Below the pieces are notes generated by a model, which was given only the letters and a program-made list of their open reading frames with translations, searched no databases and had not been told where the DNA came from. This document shows, piece after piece, positions 46,664 through 56,401 of a stretch of DNA of 64,000 bases. This stretch comes from a virus. How positions within the stretch are numbered: position 1 is the first letter of the stretch; the number at the start of each line of letters is the position of its first letter. Position numbers and translations under genes: made by a program. The stretch spans positions 32,001 through 96,000 of the IMG/VR virus record IMGVR_UViG_3300030328_003747; one strand, written 5' to 3'.

Positions 46664-46885
46664 ATGATGAAATTAGATTTTCAAATAATAGACGAGAATG
46701 GGAATAGAATCCCAGGACACGAAACTGAGTTGCAAGACTTAGTGATAAACGGTCGCCACTTAATTGAGAATGGCGAGTGGAATGAAGAAGTAGCTAACCA
46801 AGCTATCGAAGATACCCAAAGGTATATTGCCGAGCAACAAGCTGAGGCAGAGTTCGAAGATAGAGGGGGAATGCTAGATGGATAA
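46664..46885 (+). CDS. early cassette gene 4 (acidic)
   Basis: Own promoter and terminator. Confidence 0.7.
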   Translation: MMKLDFQIIDENGNRIPGHETELQDLVINGRHLIENGEWNEEVANQAIEDTQRYIAEQQAEAEFEDRGGMLDG

Positions 46886-46907
46886 ATAATCAAAGGTATC
46901 ATCCTTG

Positions 46908-46936
46908 AGGGACGACTTCGGTCGTCCTTTTTTTTT
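46908..46936 (+). terminator. rho-independent terminator
   Basis: GGACGAC-TTCG-GTCGTCC followed by T9. Confidence 0.85.
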
Positions 46937-47206
46937 GGGACTCTATTGGTCAGATGAGTCGGGAAGCAAATCGGGTTTTTCGGATCAGCGACACCCCATT
47001 TGCCCTACGGGGTATATACACTATACTTTACACAACGTTTCTCTCGTACGAACATTTCATTTTTTAGAAAGGGTCCCATATGGGGGTATATATGTTATAT
47101 TTTATTTTGGGAATGGCGTTTACTTCGCTTTTACTAGCTCTTCTCCTTCACCAAGGTAAGCGTCATCCCTCTTGCTTTTAACGGTTAGAATGTTTAGTAT
47201 CACGAT

Positions 47207-47479
47207 ATGGATCCACAAATGATGAACCAACAAATGTCAGGAATGGTTGCCCCTGATGAAATACAAGCGGAAATCAATAATCTATCTGGAGAAGACAAGA
47301 TGGCGGCTAAACAAGCTTTAATGGAGATTAGAGCGATTATTGAACAAATGATGGCTCAAGGTGCTAGCGAAGAAGAGATTATGCAAATGCTTTCTGAACT
47401 TGGAATCACTATTGAGCAACTAGAATTTGCTGAAAGATTATTTTCAGAAGAAGACAATAGCTTAGGAATTAGTATATAA
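47207..47479 (+). CDS. hypothetical protein (start of late operon B)
   Basis: 90 aa, M/Q/E-rich. Confidence 0.6.
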   Translation: MDPQMMNQQMSGMVAPDEIQAEINNLSGEDKMAAKQALMEIRAIIEQMMAQGASEEEIMQMLSELGITIEQLEFAERLFSEEDNSLGISI

Positions 47480-47486
47480 TCAAAAA

Positions 47487-49025
47487 ATGTCATTTTTCTC
47501 AACTTTAAGTAAAGGCCTAAAAAGAAGAGCCAGATTTAATAATGCCCAAAATATGAGAGGCGGATTACCTTATCGTACAATTGAACCTTATATGGGTGGC
47601 GGAATAATGGGCAGAAGATTACCGCCAGGCTATATGGACCCTTCTTTTAATTCACAACGCAGATCTCCAGTAGGAAATCTATTTGCAGATATGCCTCAGA
47701 TGCCAGAAAATCAAACAATGGATATGCAAATTTATATTAATCCAATTACTGGCCAACAAGAACAAGGCTCTTCCACAATGATTCGTTATTTGAATGAATT
47801 AAAAGCTTATTTTGATGCTAATCCAGGAGCAGAAGATTATTGGAATTCTCAACAACAAGCTGCAAAGGAGAATAATTACAGGCCAAAACCACCACCTTTA
47901 ATGAATAGACCAATACAACCAATCACCAATCCTATTCAAAATCCAATAGGCGGAACACCACCACCACCTAATTTTGATGATTACTTAGATTTTTATAGAA
48001 ATCCACCAATAGGAGCGCCAACACCAGCGCCAGCGCCAGTTCAAGGTACGCCTAGCAACCCATATGATTTAGGAACAGCTACAACAACACCTAGTGAGTA
48101 CGGCACACGACCAATAGATGGTAGTGGTTATCAACCTAAATATTATGTGGGTGATTGGGGTCCAGGTGGTCAACCTGTACCGCCAAAAGCACAACCAGAT
48201 CCAATAGGTGCTCCTGCACCTATAAACCCAATAGGCAAACAACCGCCAGGTTTTAATATGCAAGGTGGCTACCCACCAGTAAAAATGTCTTTAGGTGGTG
48301 ATATTGCTAAAACAGCAGCAAGGGCAGCTTACAAAAAAGCTACCGCTCCTTTACAGATGGCTGCTTTAGCTACTAATTTAATTGCTCCAAATTCAAAAGC
48401 AGCAGGTTTTCTTAAAAAAGCAGCTACTCCTTTTTCAAATGGTGGTCTAGCACAAGCATTTCAAAAAAAAAAGAATTTAGCTTCATACAGTAATGGCGGT
48501 ATTGTTGATACGGTAATAAAAATAATTTCTGACCCAAGTAAAAGAACACTTTCAGATACAGAAATAAAAATAGTTCAGCAAATGATACTTGATGGAAAAT
48601 CTCCTGAAGAAATGGCTAGAATGGTTAAAGATTATAGATCTGCAATTGGTAGCCAAAGACCTATTAAATTTTCTGACAAAATTAGAGTTGGGCCAGAGTC
48701 TAGGTATAAAATGGACAGAGGGGGTCGGATGATTCCTCAAATCTCTCAAGGAGTACCACAAAATACTTTTAAAAGCCGTATTAAAGATCTTCTTAAGCTA
48801 GGAACAAAGGCACCCAAATTTTCACTACCATCATTAGCGTTAGGCTTAGGTTCAGGATTAGCTCTTGACTATTTCTTTGATGATGAGGATGTACCAGCTC
48901 CAGTAATGGATTCAGGTAGGACTATATCAGATAGAGATCGTATGATAATGGAACGTATGATGGGCAGAGAGCTTAGTGACCAAGAGATTCAGATGCTTAT
49001 AGAATCACTTCAATCAGATGAGTAA
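47487..49025 (+). CDS. Pro/Gly-rich putative internal virion protein
   Basis: Low-complexity PIG repeats, several xxNGG motifs, SGRTISDRDR. Confidence 0.6.
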   Translation: MSFFSTLSKGLKRRARFNNAQNMRGGLPYRTIEPYMGGGIMGRRLPPGYMDPSFNSQRRSPVGNLFADMPQMPENQTMDMQIYINPITGQQEQGSSTMIRYLNELKAYFDANPGAEDYWNSQQQAAKENNYRPKPPPLMNRPIQPITNPIQNPIGGTPPPPNFDDYLDFYRNPPIGAPTPAPAPVQGTPSNPYDLGTATTTPSEYGTRPIDGSGYQPKYYVGDWGPGGQPVPPKAQPDPIGAPAPINPIGKQPPGFNMQGGYPPVKMSLGGDIAKTAARAAYKKATAPLQMAALATNLIAPNSKAAGFLKKAATPFSNGGLAQAFQKKKNLASYSNGGIVDTVIKIISDPSKRTLSDTEIKIVQQMILDGKSPEEMARMVKDYRSAIGSQRPIKFSDKIRVGPESRYKMDRGGRMIPQISQGVPQNTFKSRIKDLLKLGTKAPKFSLPSLALGLGSGLALDYFFDDEDVPAPVMDSGRTISDRDRMIMERMMGRELSDQEIQMLIESLQSDE

Positions 49026-49027
49026 AC

Positions 49028-51409
49028 ATGTTTGGGGTAGAAGACACTCGACCTAAAAAAAGTAAGTTATCTAAAACTTTAAAAGAATATAAAGCTAGAA
49101 GAGCAGAAGCTTTAGCTCCCGTAAAAGAAAAAATAGACCAAATACAATCCTTAATTGATGAGGGTAAGAATAGAGAAGCTTACCGTATTTTTGAAGAGCT
49201 CCCACTTGCTGATCAGCTAGCAGTTAGTTTAGCCCCTGGTGTGGGTGACGCACTTGCAGTTTTTGAAACTAAGGAATTTGGTACTAGAGGGGGTGAGCGT
49301 TTTGAAGAAGGTGATGTTCTTGGTGGTTTAGGTAATTATTTACTTTCAGGACTTTCAGGAATTTCTACTATTCCTTTTTTTGGCGCAGTAGGAGATGTGG
49401 CTAAGATTGGAGTTAAGGGTATAGGTAGAGCTGCTAGAACGGCAGACGATATGGGTGGTGGACCTTCATCTGTAAAAATAGACGATCCAAGAGCAAATGA
49501 ATATGCAGGAACTAGACCAGAAATTCGTCCAGTTGATACGGAAAATATGCAATTTAAAGCAATTACAGAGGAGCCCCCTTCCTCTGGTTTTGGGTTAATA
49601 TCAGGCACTAGAGAATTTCTTCAAAATTTACCTAACCGAGATAAACCAAAAAATATAGAAAGTTTAATATCTCAAATAAAAAAACATAATCCTAGATATG
49701 AAGGAGAGCTTAGAGGTTTAAAAGTTCTTGATGATAACGGAAAAATAAGCCAAGAATTTAAAGATTACTTTAAAGCGCTTCCAGAATATTCTGAGGGCAA
49801 GATACCGCCAAATGCATTTGATGCATATTTGGCAAGAAATCAAAAAGATTTATTCAATATTCAAGAGGTTCCTCAGGAACATTTTGCATCTCCTGGGTAC
49901 GGAGATATTATTGATGAGGTAGAAACACAAAGAGTTTATAGAATTAAGGGTGTTGATCCAGGTAAATCAGGAAATATTGGACCATTACATTACAAAAAAG
50001 ATGCTGAGATGTTACATGACGGTAAAATACTTCGCTATCCTGACTATTATTCAATGGATTCTACTGATGTTCGAAACACATCTTTAGGTAATGAACTGAG
50101 GGTTAACAGAGTTCAGTCTGATTATGTGGAAGAAATAGGCAAAATTACAGAAAAAAGAAAAATAGAGGGAGAAAGGCAATCGCCCTATTTGTCTGACGGT
50201 AAAGAAGAATTTTTAAAACCACCTACCGTAGATGTAATTGAAAAAAAACTTGCAGCTGATCTTGATAAAACAAATAAACTTGCTAAAGAAATAAATGAAT
50301 TAAAGTATAGTAGGTTTGACGATATGTTTAATGCGGATGCAAGTCCAAAGTTAGCTACTGATATTGACCCTAAAAATATGAGCACTAGACTAACAAAAGA
50401 AGAAGGCACAAGACTTAATCTTTTAGAATTAGACCACCAATCAGCTTCAGATGCACTTGAGAAAAAAATAAAAGATTTGGCTCCAGATAGGGCACTAGCT
50501 AATACTAAAATAAGAGAAATAGCAGCTGGAAAAGTATCTGAATTTGTAATGCCTCCTGGACTAGAAAATATTTTTAAATTTTTAAAAGCTCGTACAAAAA
50601 TGTTAGAAGATAGTTCTGGCAAATCTAATCCTTTAAGATTTGATGCTTCAGCTTATGCGGGAATAGGAGAAGCTCTTGACCCAAACCTATTAGATTCAAC
50701 TTTTGGTTTGCCATACGACAATTTTAAGCTTAAGTTCAACCCTGAACTTTTTACAGGTACTAAAACTGACCCACTTTCTTTAACAGTAAAGGGTGAAAAA
50801 ACTTTAGATGACATAATTGATAGACTTAATCAGAGCGTCATTGAATCTAACGAAGCTATAAATTTAAGAAATCAAGACCTACATTTAAAAGATCCTTATG
50901 CTACTGATGTATCATCAAAATCAGAAATTTTACCAACTCGAAACTTAATAAATTTAGCAGCGCAAAATCCTGATATAGATTATCTTACTATGTATCCTCA
51001 AAAAATATTAAAAAGTGAAGATGTAAGTCAAAGATATAGGACAAATAAAAAAAATCAAGGACATTACAACGATATAGTTACTGAAACAAGAAGGGTTCTT
51101 AAAGAGTTGGGCGTAGATAGAAATGCATTAGATGTTAAAAAAATTGACAAAAACTATACAAAAGATTTTGGTGTTGACCAAAAAATGGTGCCTTTGAAAA
51201 GTCTTGATGTGGATCATTTTCTAGACCCATTTAACCAAGGTTATGACCTAGATTTTAAGGTTCCTGTAGACGACAAATTAAAAGTTACTGAAAGTTATGT
51301 GCTTGATTTAGAGCCTATCAGAAAAGCAATAATAGAAGACGGTAAAAGAATTAAAGCATTCAAATATGGGGGATTAGCTAATATAGATAGATTATTAAAT
51401 AATTTATGA
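49028..51409 (+). CDS. large putative virion-delivered protein
   Basis: 793 aa; Gly-rich hydrophobic IPFFG.VGD segment; C-terminal FKYGG. Confidence 0.6.
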   Translation: MFGVEDTRPKKSKLSKTLKEYKARRAEALAPVKEKIDQIQSLIDEGKNREAYRIFEELPLADQLAVSLAPGVGDALAVFETKEFGTRGGERFEEGDVLGGLGNYLLSGLSGISTIPFFGAVGDVAKIGVKGIGRAARTADDMGGGPSSVKIDDPRANEYAGTRPEIRPVDTENMQFKAITEEPPSSGFGLISGTREFLQNLPNRDKPKNIESLISQIKKHNPRYEGELRGLKVLDDNGKISQEFKDYFKALPEYSEGKIPPNAFDAYLARNQKDLFNIQEVPQEHFASPGYGDIIDEVETQRVYRIKGVDPGKSGNIGPLHYKKDAEMLHDGKILRYPDYYSMDSTDVRNTSLGNELRVNRVQSDYVEEIGKITEKRKIEGERQSPYLSDGKEEFLKPPTVDVIEKKLAADLDKTNKLAKEINELKYSRFDDMFNADASPKLATDIDPKNMSTRLTKEEGTRLNLLELDHQSASDALEKKIKDLAPDRALANTKIREIAAGKVSEFVMPPGLENIFKFLKARTKMLEDSSGKSNPLRFDASAYAGIGEALDPNLLDSTFGLPYDNFKLKFNPELFTGTKTDPLSLTVKGEKTLDDIIDRLNQSVIESNEAINLRNQDLHLKDPYATDVSSKSEILPTRNLINLAAQNPDIDYLTMYPQKILKSEDVSQRYRTNKKNQGHYNDIVTETRRVLKELGVDRNALDVKKIDKNYTKDFGVDQKMVPLKSLDVDHFLDPFNQGYDLDFKVPVDDKLKVTESYVLDLEPIRKAIIEDGKRIKAFKYGGLANIDRLLNNL

Positions 51410-52866
51410 CATTACAAAGCTTATCAGATGCCGAGCTTAGAGAGGCGCTGCTACTAAAAGAACGTTTAGAAGTTCTTAAAAATCAAGAAACCTGCCAAGA
51501 AGGTTTTATGGATTTTATCGAGCACATATGGCCTGAATTTATCTGCGGTCGACATCATAAAATTTTTGCTCAGAAGCTAGAAGATATAGCTACTGGCAAA
51601 ATTAACCGTTTAATTGTTAACATGCCACCAAGACACACTAAGTCTGAATTTGCTTCTACTTACTTTCCTGCTTGGGTTATGGGTAAATACCCTAATAAAA
51701 AAATTATGCAAACAACCCATACTGGAGAACTTGCTGTTAGGTTTGGTCGTAAAGTTAGAAACTTAATGGATACTGAAGAATATTCGGCCATCTTTCCTCA
51801 AGTAAATTTATCGGCAGATTCCAAGTCTGCTGGTCGTTGGGAAACAAATAAAGGTGGTGAGTATTTCGCTGCGGGTGTAGGGGGAGCTATTACAGGTCGA
51901 GGTGCAGACTTACTTATAATAGATGACCCACATTCAGAACAAGATGCTTTGAGCTTAACGGCTATGGAGAGTGCTTGGGAATGGTACACATCTGGACCAC
52001 GACAACGTTTACAACCTAAAGGAGCAATAGTTTTAGTTATGACTAGATGGAGTCAGGTAGATCTAACTCAAAAATTATTAGACGCTCAAAAAGAACCTTT
52101 AGCAGATCAATGGGAAGTAATAGAGTTTCCAGCTATTTTTCCTGATACCGAAAAACCGTTATGGCCTGAGTTTTGGCCTATTGATGAATTGCTTAAAGTT
52201 AAAGCTTCTCTACCTAATATTAAATGGAATGCTCAATGGATGCAGACACCAACGGCTGAAGAAGGTTCAATTATTAAGCGTGAATGGTGGAATGAATGGA
52301 AACATGAGTCACTTCCTAATGTACAATATATTATTCAATCATATGATACAGCGTTCAGTAAGAAACAGACTGCTGACTATAGCGCTATTAGCACTTGGGG
52401 TGTTTTTAGACCTTCAGAGGATGCCCCTGATTCGATTATTCTTTTGGACTGCCAGAAGGGTAGGTGGGATTTTCCAGATTTGAAAAAAACAGCTATGGAT
52501 GAATACAAATATTGGGAACCAGATATGGTGTTAATAGAAGCTAAAGCATCAGGAACTCCACTAACACACGAGCTTAGAAGGCTTGGGATTCCTGTCGTCA
52601 ATTACACCCCATCAAGAGGACAAGACAAACATTCTCGTATGCATTCAGTTGCGCCTATTTTTGAGTCAGGTTTGGTATGGGCACCACAAAAAGCTTTTGC
52701 TGATGATATGATTGAAGAATGTGCGTCATTTCCTTTCGCAGCCAACGATGATTTATGTGATACAATGACTCAAGCTTTGATGCGTTTCCGTGAAGGTGGA
52801 TTAGTTTCTTTAGGAGATGATTATGAAGAGGAAGACAAAGCTCCTATAAAGAGGGTATATTATTAG
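51406..52866 (+). CDS. terL: terminase large subunit (module B)
   Basis: NMPPRHTKS, GAITGRGADLLIIDDPH, VMTRW, SYDTA, ADYSA, IEAKASG, NDDLCD. Confidence 0.95.
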   Translation: MTLQSLSDAELREALLLKERLEVLKNQETCQEGFMDFIEHIWPEFICGRHHKIFAQKLEDIATGKINRLIVNMPPRHTKSEFASTYFPAWVMGKYPNKKIMQTTHTGELAVRFGRKVRNLMDTEEYSAIFPQVNLSADSKSAGRWETNKGGEYFAAGVGGAITGRGADLLIIDDPHSEQDALSLTAMESAWEWYTSGPRQRLQPKGAIVLVMTRWSQVDLTQKLLDAQKEPLADQWEVIEFPAIFPDTEKPLWPEFWPIDELLKVKASLPNIKWNAQWMQTPTAEEGSIIKREWWNEWKHESLPNVQYIIQSYDTAFSKKQTADYSAISTWGVFRPSEDAPDSIILLDCQKGRWDFPDLKKTAMDEYKYWEPDMVLIEAKASGTPLTHELRRLGIPVVNYTPSRGQDKHSRMHSVAPIFESGLVWAPQKAFADDMIEECASFPFAANDDLCDTMTQALMRFREGGLVSLGDDYEEEDKAPIKRVYY

Positions 52867-52867
52867 T

Positions 52868-53047
52868 ATGATTCAGTTCTATATGACAGAATACGAAAAA
52901 GACGGTAAAAAAGTAGATGGCCCTTTGATTATGGCTCCGAATGCAGAGGTTGCAAGTATTCAGGCAAAAGATTTAAAATTACAATTAGTTGGCGAAATGT
53001 TCCCTTTAATGGATATTGCTAGCTACAAAGAAAGGCAGATACATTAA
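52868..53047 (+). CDS. small hypothetical protein (not in ORF track)
   Basis: 59-aa ORF filling the terL-portal gap, TAATG coupling. Confidence 0.5.
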   Translation: MIQFYMTEYEKDGKKVDGPLIMAPNAEVASIQAKDLKLQLVGEMFPLMDIASYKERQIH

Positions 53048-55509
53048 TGGCAATAGAAAGACAAGGCGAATTACCAAAAGCAGAAACGCCAACTGAAGAA
53101 GAATTTATCGAACAAATAACAATATCTCAACCAGAAGAAGAGGTTGGTTTTGTTATGATGGAAGATGGAAGCGCAATTCCTGAAAGTGAGTTAGATGTTC
53201 CTCAAGAAGTTTCCTTTTATGACAACTTAGCCGAAAGTATGGAAGAGGATGAGCTTAATAAAATATCTAATGATCTTATGGCTGGAGTAGAGAAAGACAA
53301 ATCTTCTAGATCCGATTGGGAAAAAACTTATACAGATGGACTTAAATATCTTGGTATGAAGTTTGACGAAGATAGATCAGAACCTTTTGAGGGTGCTTCA
53401 GGTGTTATTCACCCATTACTAGGAGAAGCAGTTACTTCTTTTCAGGCACAAGCCTATAAAGAGTTATTGCCAGCAGGCGGCCCTGTAAAAACACAAGTGT
53501 TAGGTAATTATGACTCTGATGTTGAATTACAAGCACAAAGAGTTAAAGAATTTATGAATTATCAAATCGTTCATAAAATGGAAGAGTATGACCAAGAACT
53601 AGATCAATTGTTATTTTACCTACCTTTAGCGGGTTCAGCATTTAAAAAGGTTTATTATGATGAAGCTTTGGGTCGTGCTGTATCAAAGTTTGTTGCTCCT
53701 GAAGATTTAATTGTTCCTTATTACACAACGGACTTAGAATCATGTTCTCGAATAACAAATGTAGTTAAGATGTCAGAAAATGATGTTAAAAAATTACAAG
53801 CAACAGGTTTTTATAGAAAGGTAGAAGTTAAGTTGGGAGAAGACAATCAATATGGTGAAGTAGACGAAGAAATAGAAAAGTTAACAGGAATGCAACAAAG
53901 CTACGATGATGGTGAAGTTGCAATTCTATACGAAATTCACGCAAATTTGGATATACCAGGTTTTGAAGATATGGGTAAAGATGGTGAGCCTACAGGAGTT
54001 AAGCTTCCTTACATCATTACTATTGACTCTAATTCAAATGAAGTGTTATCAATCAGAAGAAATTTTAATGAGGATGATCCTCTAAAGAATAAAGTAGAAT
54101 ACTTTGTTCATTTTAAGTTTTTACCAGGACTAGGATTTTACGGTTTTGGTTTAACTCATATGATAGGTGGCCTGTCAAAGGCATCCACGTCCATTATGAG
54201 GCAATTGATTGATGCAGGTACCCTTGCAAACCTACCTGCTGGGTTTAAGACAAGAGGTATTAGGATAAGGGATGAAGATACACCCTTACAGCCTGGAGAA
54301 TTCAGAGATGTGGATGCCCCTGGTGGGTCTTTAAGAGAGTCGATACAACCGCTTCCTTTTAAAGAACCTAGCGGAACTTTATTAAATTTACTTGGAATTT
54401 TGGTTGATTCTGGTAAAACCTTTGCCTCTATTGCAGAAATTAATACAGGCCAAGGTAATCCACAAGCTCCAGTTGGAACAACTATGGCATTATTAGAAAG
54501 GTCAACAAAAGTATTATCTGCCATTCATAAAAGATTACATAATGCTCAACGCAAAGAATTTAAACTTCTATCAAAAGTTTTCCAAGAGTATTTGCCTAAT
54601 GAATTTCCATACATGACACCAGAAGGCAATCAAGAAGTAGGAGCTCAAGACTTTAACGACAGAGTTGATATAGTTCCAGTTTCAAATCCAGACATATTTA
54701 GCACATCACAAAGAATAGCTATGGCTCAAGAAATGATGCAATTAGTTAACTCAAACCCAGAAATACATGGGGGAGACGGTATATACGAATCTTACCGTAG
54801 AATGTATGCTGCTATTGGTGTAGATAACCCCGATCAATTATTGGTGCCACCACCAAATAGTGATCCACTACCTGTTGAAGCTGGTATGGAAAACAATATG
54901 TTATTAATGGGCCAACCTGCACAAGCTTTTCCAGAACAAAATCATGATGCACATATAGCTATTCATATGAGTTTATTTAATACACCACCAGTTCAATCAA
55001 ATGCAGGAATACAAGCTATGATTCATTCTCATATTATGCAACACTTACAAATGAAAGCTGATAATCTTGGTATAGAGCAAATGCCACCTGAAATTAGACA
55101 GCAATACGAACAAATGTCTGCTCAAATGCAACAAACTCCAGCTCCTGAACAAGAAAGGCTTCAAGCACAAATACAACAACTGGTTGCTCAATTTTCAGCT
55201 CCAATTTTAGCTGAACTTGTTAATGAATATACTCAAAAAGTTTCATCTCCAAGTGATGAAGATCCTTTAGTAACAATTAGAAAACAAGAACTAGCTCTTA
55301 AAGGTCAAGAATTAGCTCAAGAACAGCAACAATTTGTAGCTGATCAGCAGAGAAGATCTGAAGAATCTAGTAGAGAAGATAGGATAGATGTTGAAAGAAT
55401 TAAAACTCAAGAAAAAATTGCTGATGAAAAAGCAGACCTAACTAGAGAAAGAATGGAATTGCAAAAACAATTAAAAATACAAGATTTGATACAAAAATAT
55501 CAAAAGTAA
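53047..55509 (+). CDS. portal protein (module B)
   Basis: PFEGASGVIHPLL, FYLPLAGSAFKKVY, FLPGLGFYGFGL, LIDAGTLANLP, PVGTTMALLE. Confidence 0.92.
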   Translation: MAIERQGELPKAETPTEEEFIEQITISQPEEEVGFVMMEDGSAIPESELDVPQEVSFYDNLAESMEEDELNKISNDLMAGVEKDKSSRSDWEKTYTDGLKYLGMKFDEDRSEPFEGASGVIHPLLGEAVTSFQAQAYKELLPAGGPVKTQVLGNYDSDVELQAQRVKEFMNYQIVHKMEEYDQELDQLLFYLPLAGSAFKKVYYDEALGRAVSKFVAPEDLIVPYYTTDLESCSRITNVVKMSENDVKKLQATGFYRKVEVKLGEDNQYGEVDEEIEKLTGMQQSYDDGEVAILYEIHANLDIPGFEDMGKDGEPTGVKLPYIITIDSNSNEVLSIRRNFNEDDPLKNKVEYFVHFKFLPGLGFYGFGLTHMIGGLSKASTSIMRQLIDAGTLANLPAGFKTRGIRIRDEDTPLQPGEFRDVDAPGGSLRESIQPLPFKEPSGTLLNLLGILVDSGKTFASIAEINTGQGNPQAPVGTTMALLERSTKVLSAIHKRLHNAQRKEFKLLSKVFQEYLPNEFPYMTPEGNQEVGAQDFNDRVDIVPVSNPDIFSTSQRIAMAQEMMQLVNSNPEIHGGDGIYESYRRMYAAIGVDNPDQLLVPPPNSDPLPVEAGMENNMLLMGQPAQAFPEQNHDAHIAIHMSLFNTPPVQSNAGIQAMIHSHIMQHLQMKADNLGIEQMPPEIRQQYEQMSAQMQQTPAPEQERLQAQIQQLVAQFSAPILAELVNEYTQKVSSPSDEDPLVTIRKQELALKGQELAQEQQQFVADQQRRSEESSREDRIDVERIKTQEKIADEKADLTRERMELQKQLKIQDLIQKYQK

Positions 55510-55523
55510 CTTATAATACAAAA

Positions 55524-55727
55524 ATGATTAAGAGAACAAATATAAACAAACTATCAAACCCAAAGGTTATGAAGAACAAACAAAGTTATAGTAACAAGGG
55601 TAGTGTTTCTTATGCTCAGAAGAAAAAATTTAGTGCCAACACCACACCAAAACCTGGTATGGGTAAAGGTAAATCAAGAGGTGTAGGTATAGCCGAATCA
55701 GGAACTAAATTTTCAGGCGTGTATTAA
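55524..55727 (+). CDS. small basic virion protein
   Basis: RG.G.A..GTKFSGVY C-terminus. Confidence 0.55.
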   Translation: MIKRTNINKLSNPKVMKNKQSYSNKGSVSYAQKKKFSANTTPKPGMGKGKSRGVGIAESGTKFSGVY

Positions 55728-55945
55728 TGTCAGTAGTTTGGGTGAGGGATAATTTAGTAAAATACCTTCGAGAAAATCGAGAGGGTATAAAAGACACTAT
55801 ATTGGCTGGTGTCAAAGATATGAGTCAATTAGAGTATCTGCGGGGGCAATATACAGCTCTGGCCCAAGTAGAGACAGAACTTAGAGAGCTGCTAGGAAAG
55901 GTTATTGAAGATGACGAAAACGACGAACAAGGTAATAGTACCTGA
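55727..55945 (+). CDS. small head-associated protein
   Basis: GVKDM..LEYLRGQ motif; conserved position. Confidence 0.6.
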   Translation: MSVVWVRDNLVKYLRENREGIKDTILAGVKDMSQLEYLRGQYTALAQVETELRELLGKVIEDDENDEQGNST

Positions 55946-56393
55946 CCACGTTGCTAAACAGGTAGAAGAGCAAAACAAAGAAACAGGAGAAAAAGTCGAA
56001 GAGGCTTATGTTCCTGAAAAATCTAGAGTTCTAGATCCAACACTTTTAGATAAATCAATAATAGAAAGAATGCCACAACCAACTGGTTGGAGAATGTTAA
56101 TTCTTCCATTTGCTGGTATGGGTGTTTCTAAAGGTGGAATTCAATTATTACAAAACACAATAGATAGGGAAACCCTAGCAACCGTATGCGCATACGTTGT
56201 GAAGATGGGTCCTAGCTGTTACAAGGACGCAAAGTTTGAAGGAGAAAGCTGGTGTAAGGAAAAACAATGGGTGCTGATAGGACGGTATGCAGGAGCTAAG
56301 TTTAAATTAGGTGATGATGCAGAATGCAGAATTATTAATGATGATGAAGTGATTGCAACCATACATGATCCTACAGACATCGTTGCAATATAG
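55905..56393 (+). CDS. groES: GroES-like co-chaperonin
   Basis: PTGWRMLILP..SKGGI.L...VVKMGP..Y...WC...WV..GRYAG...RIINDDEVIA. Confidence 0.85.
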   Translation: MKMTKTTNKVIVPDHVAKQVEEQNKETGEKVEEAYVPEKSRVLDPTLLDKSIIERMPQPTGWRMLILPFAGMGVSKGGIQLLQNTIDRETLATVCAYVVKMGPSCYKDAKFEGESWCKEKQWVLIGRYAGAKFKLGDDAECRIINDDEVIATIHDPTDIVAI

Positions 56394-56401
56394 GAGTTTT
56401 T

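Larger units (their letters stand above)
44761..47040 (+). repeat. array of five related intergenic spacers (GTCGG repeats, ACAC box, CCWGG/GATC clusters, promoter)
   Basis: GTCGG at 44763, 44778, 44787, 44807, 45313, 45325, 45743, 45754, 46450, 46469, 46958; TTTGCCCTACGGGGTA at about 45782 and 46999. Confidence 0.8.

Noticed and set aside
44761-47040. CRISPR array or integron cassette array
   Set aside because: Repeats are short, degenerate and irregularly spaced; there are no cas genes, no intI and no attC-type RYYYAAC...GTTRRRY palindromes.
46905-47159. 84-aa ORF
   Set aside because: TTG start inside a terminator hairpin and runs through spacer repeats; likely spurious.
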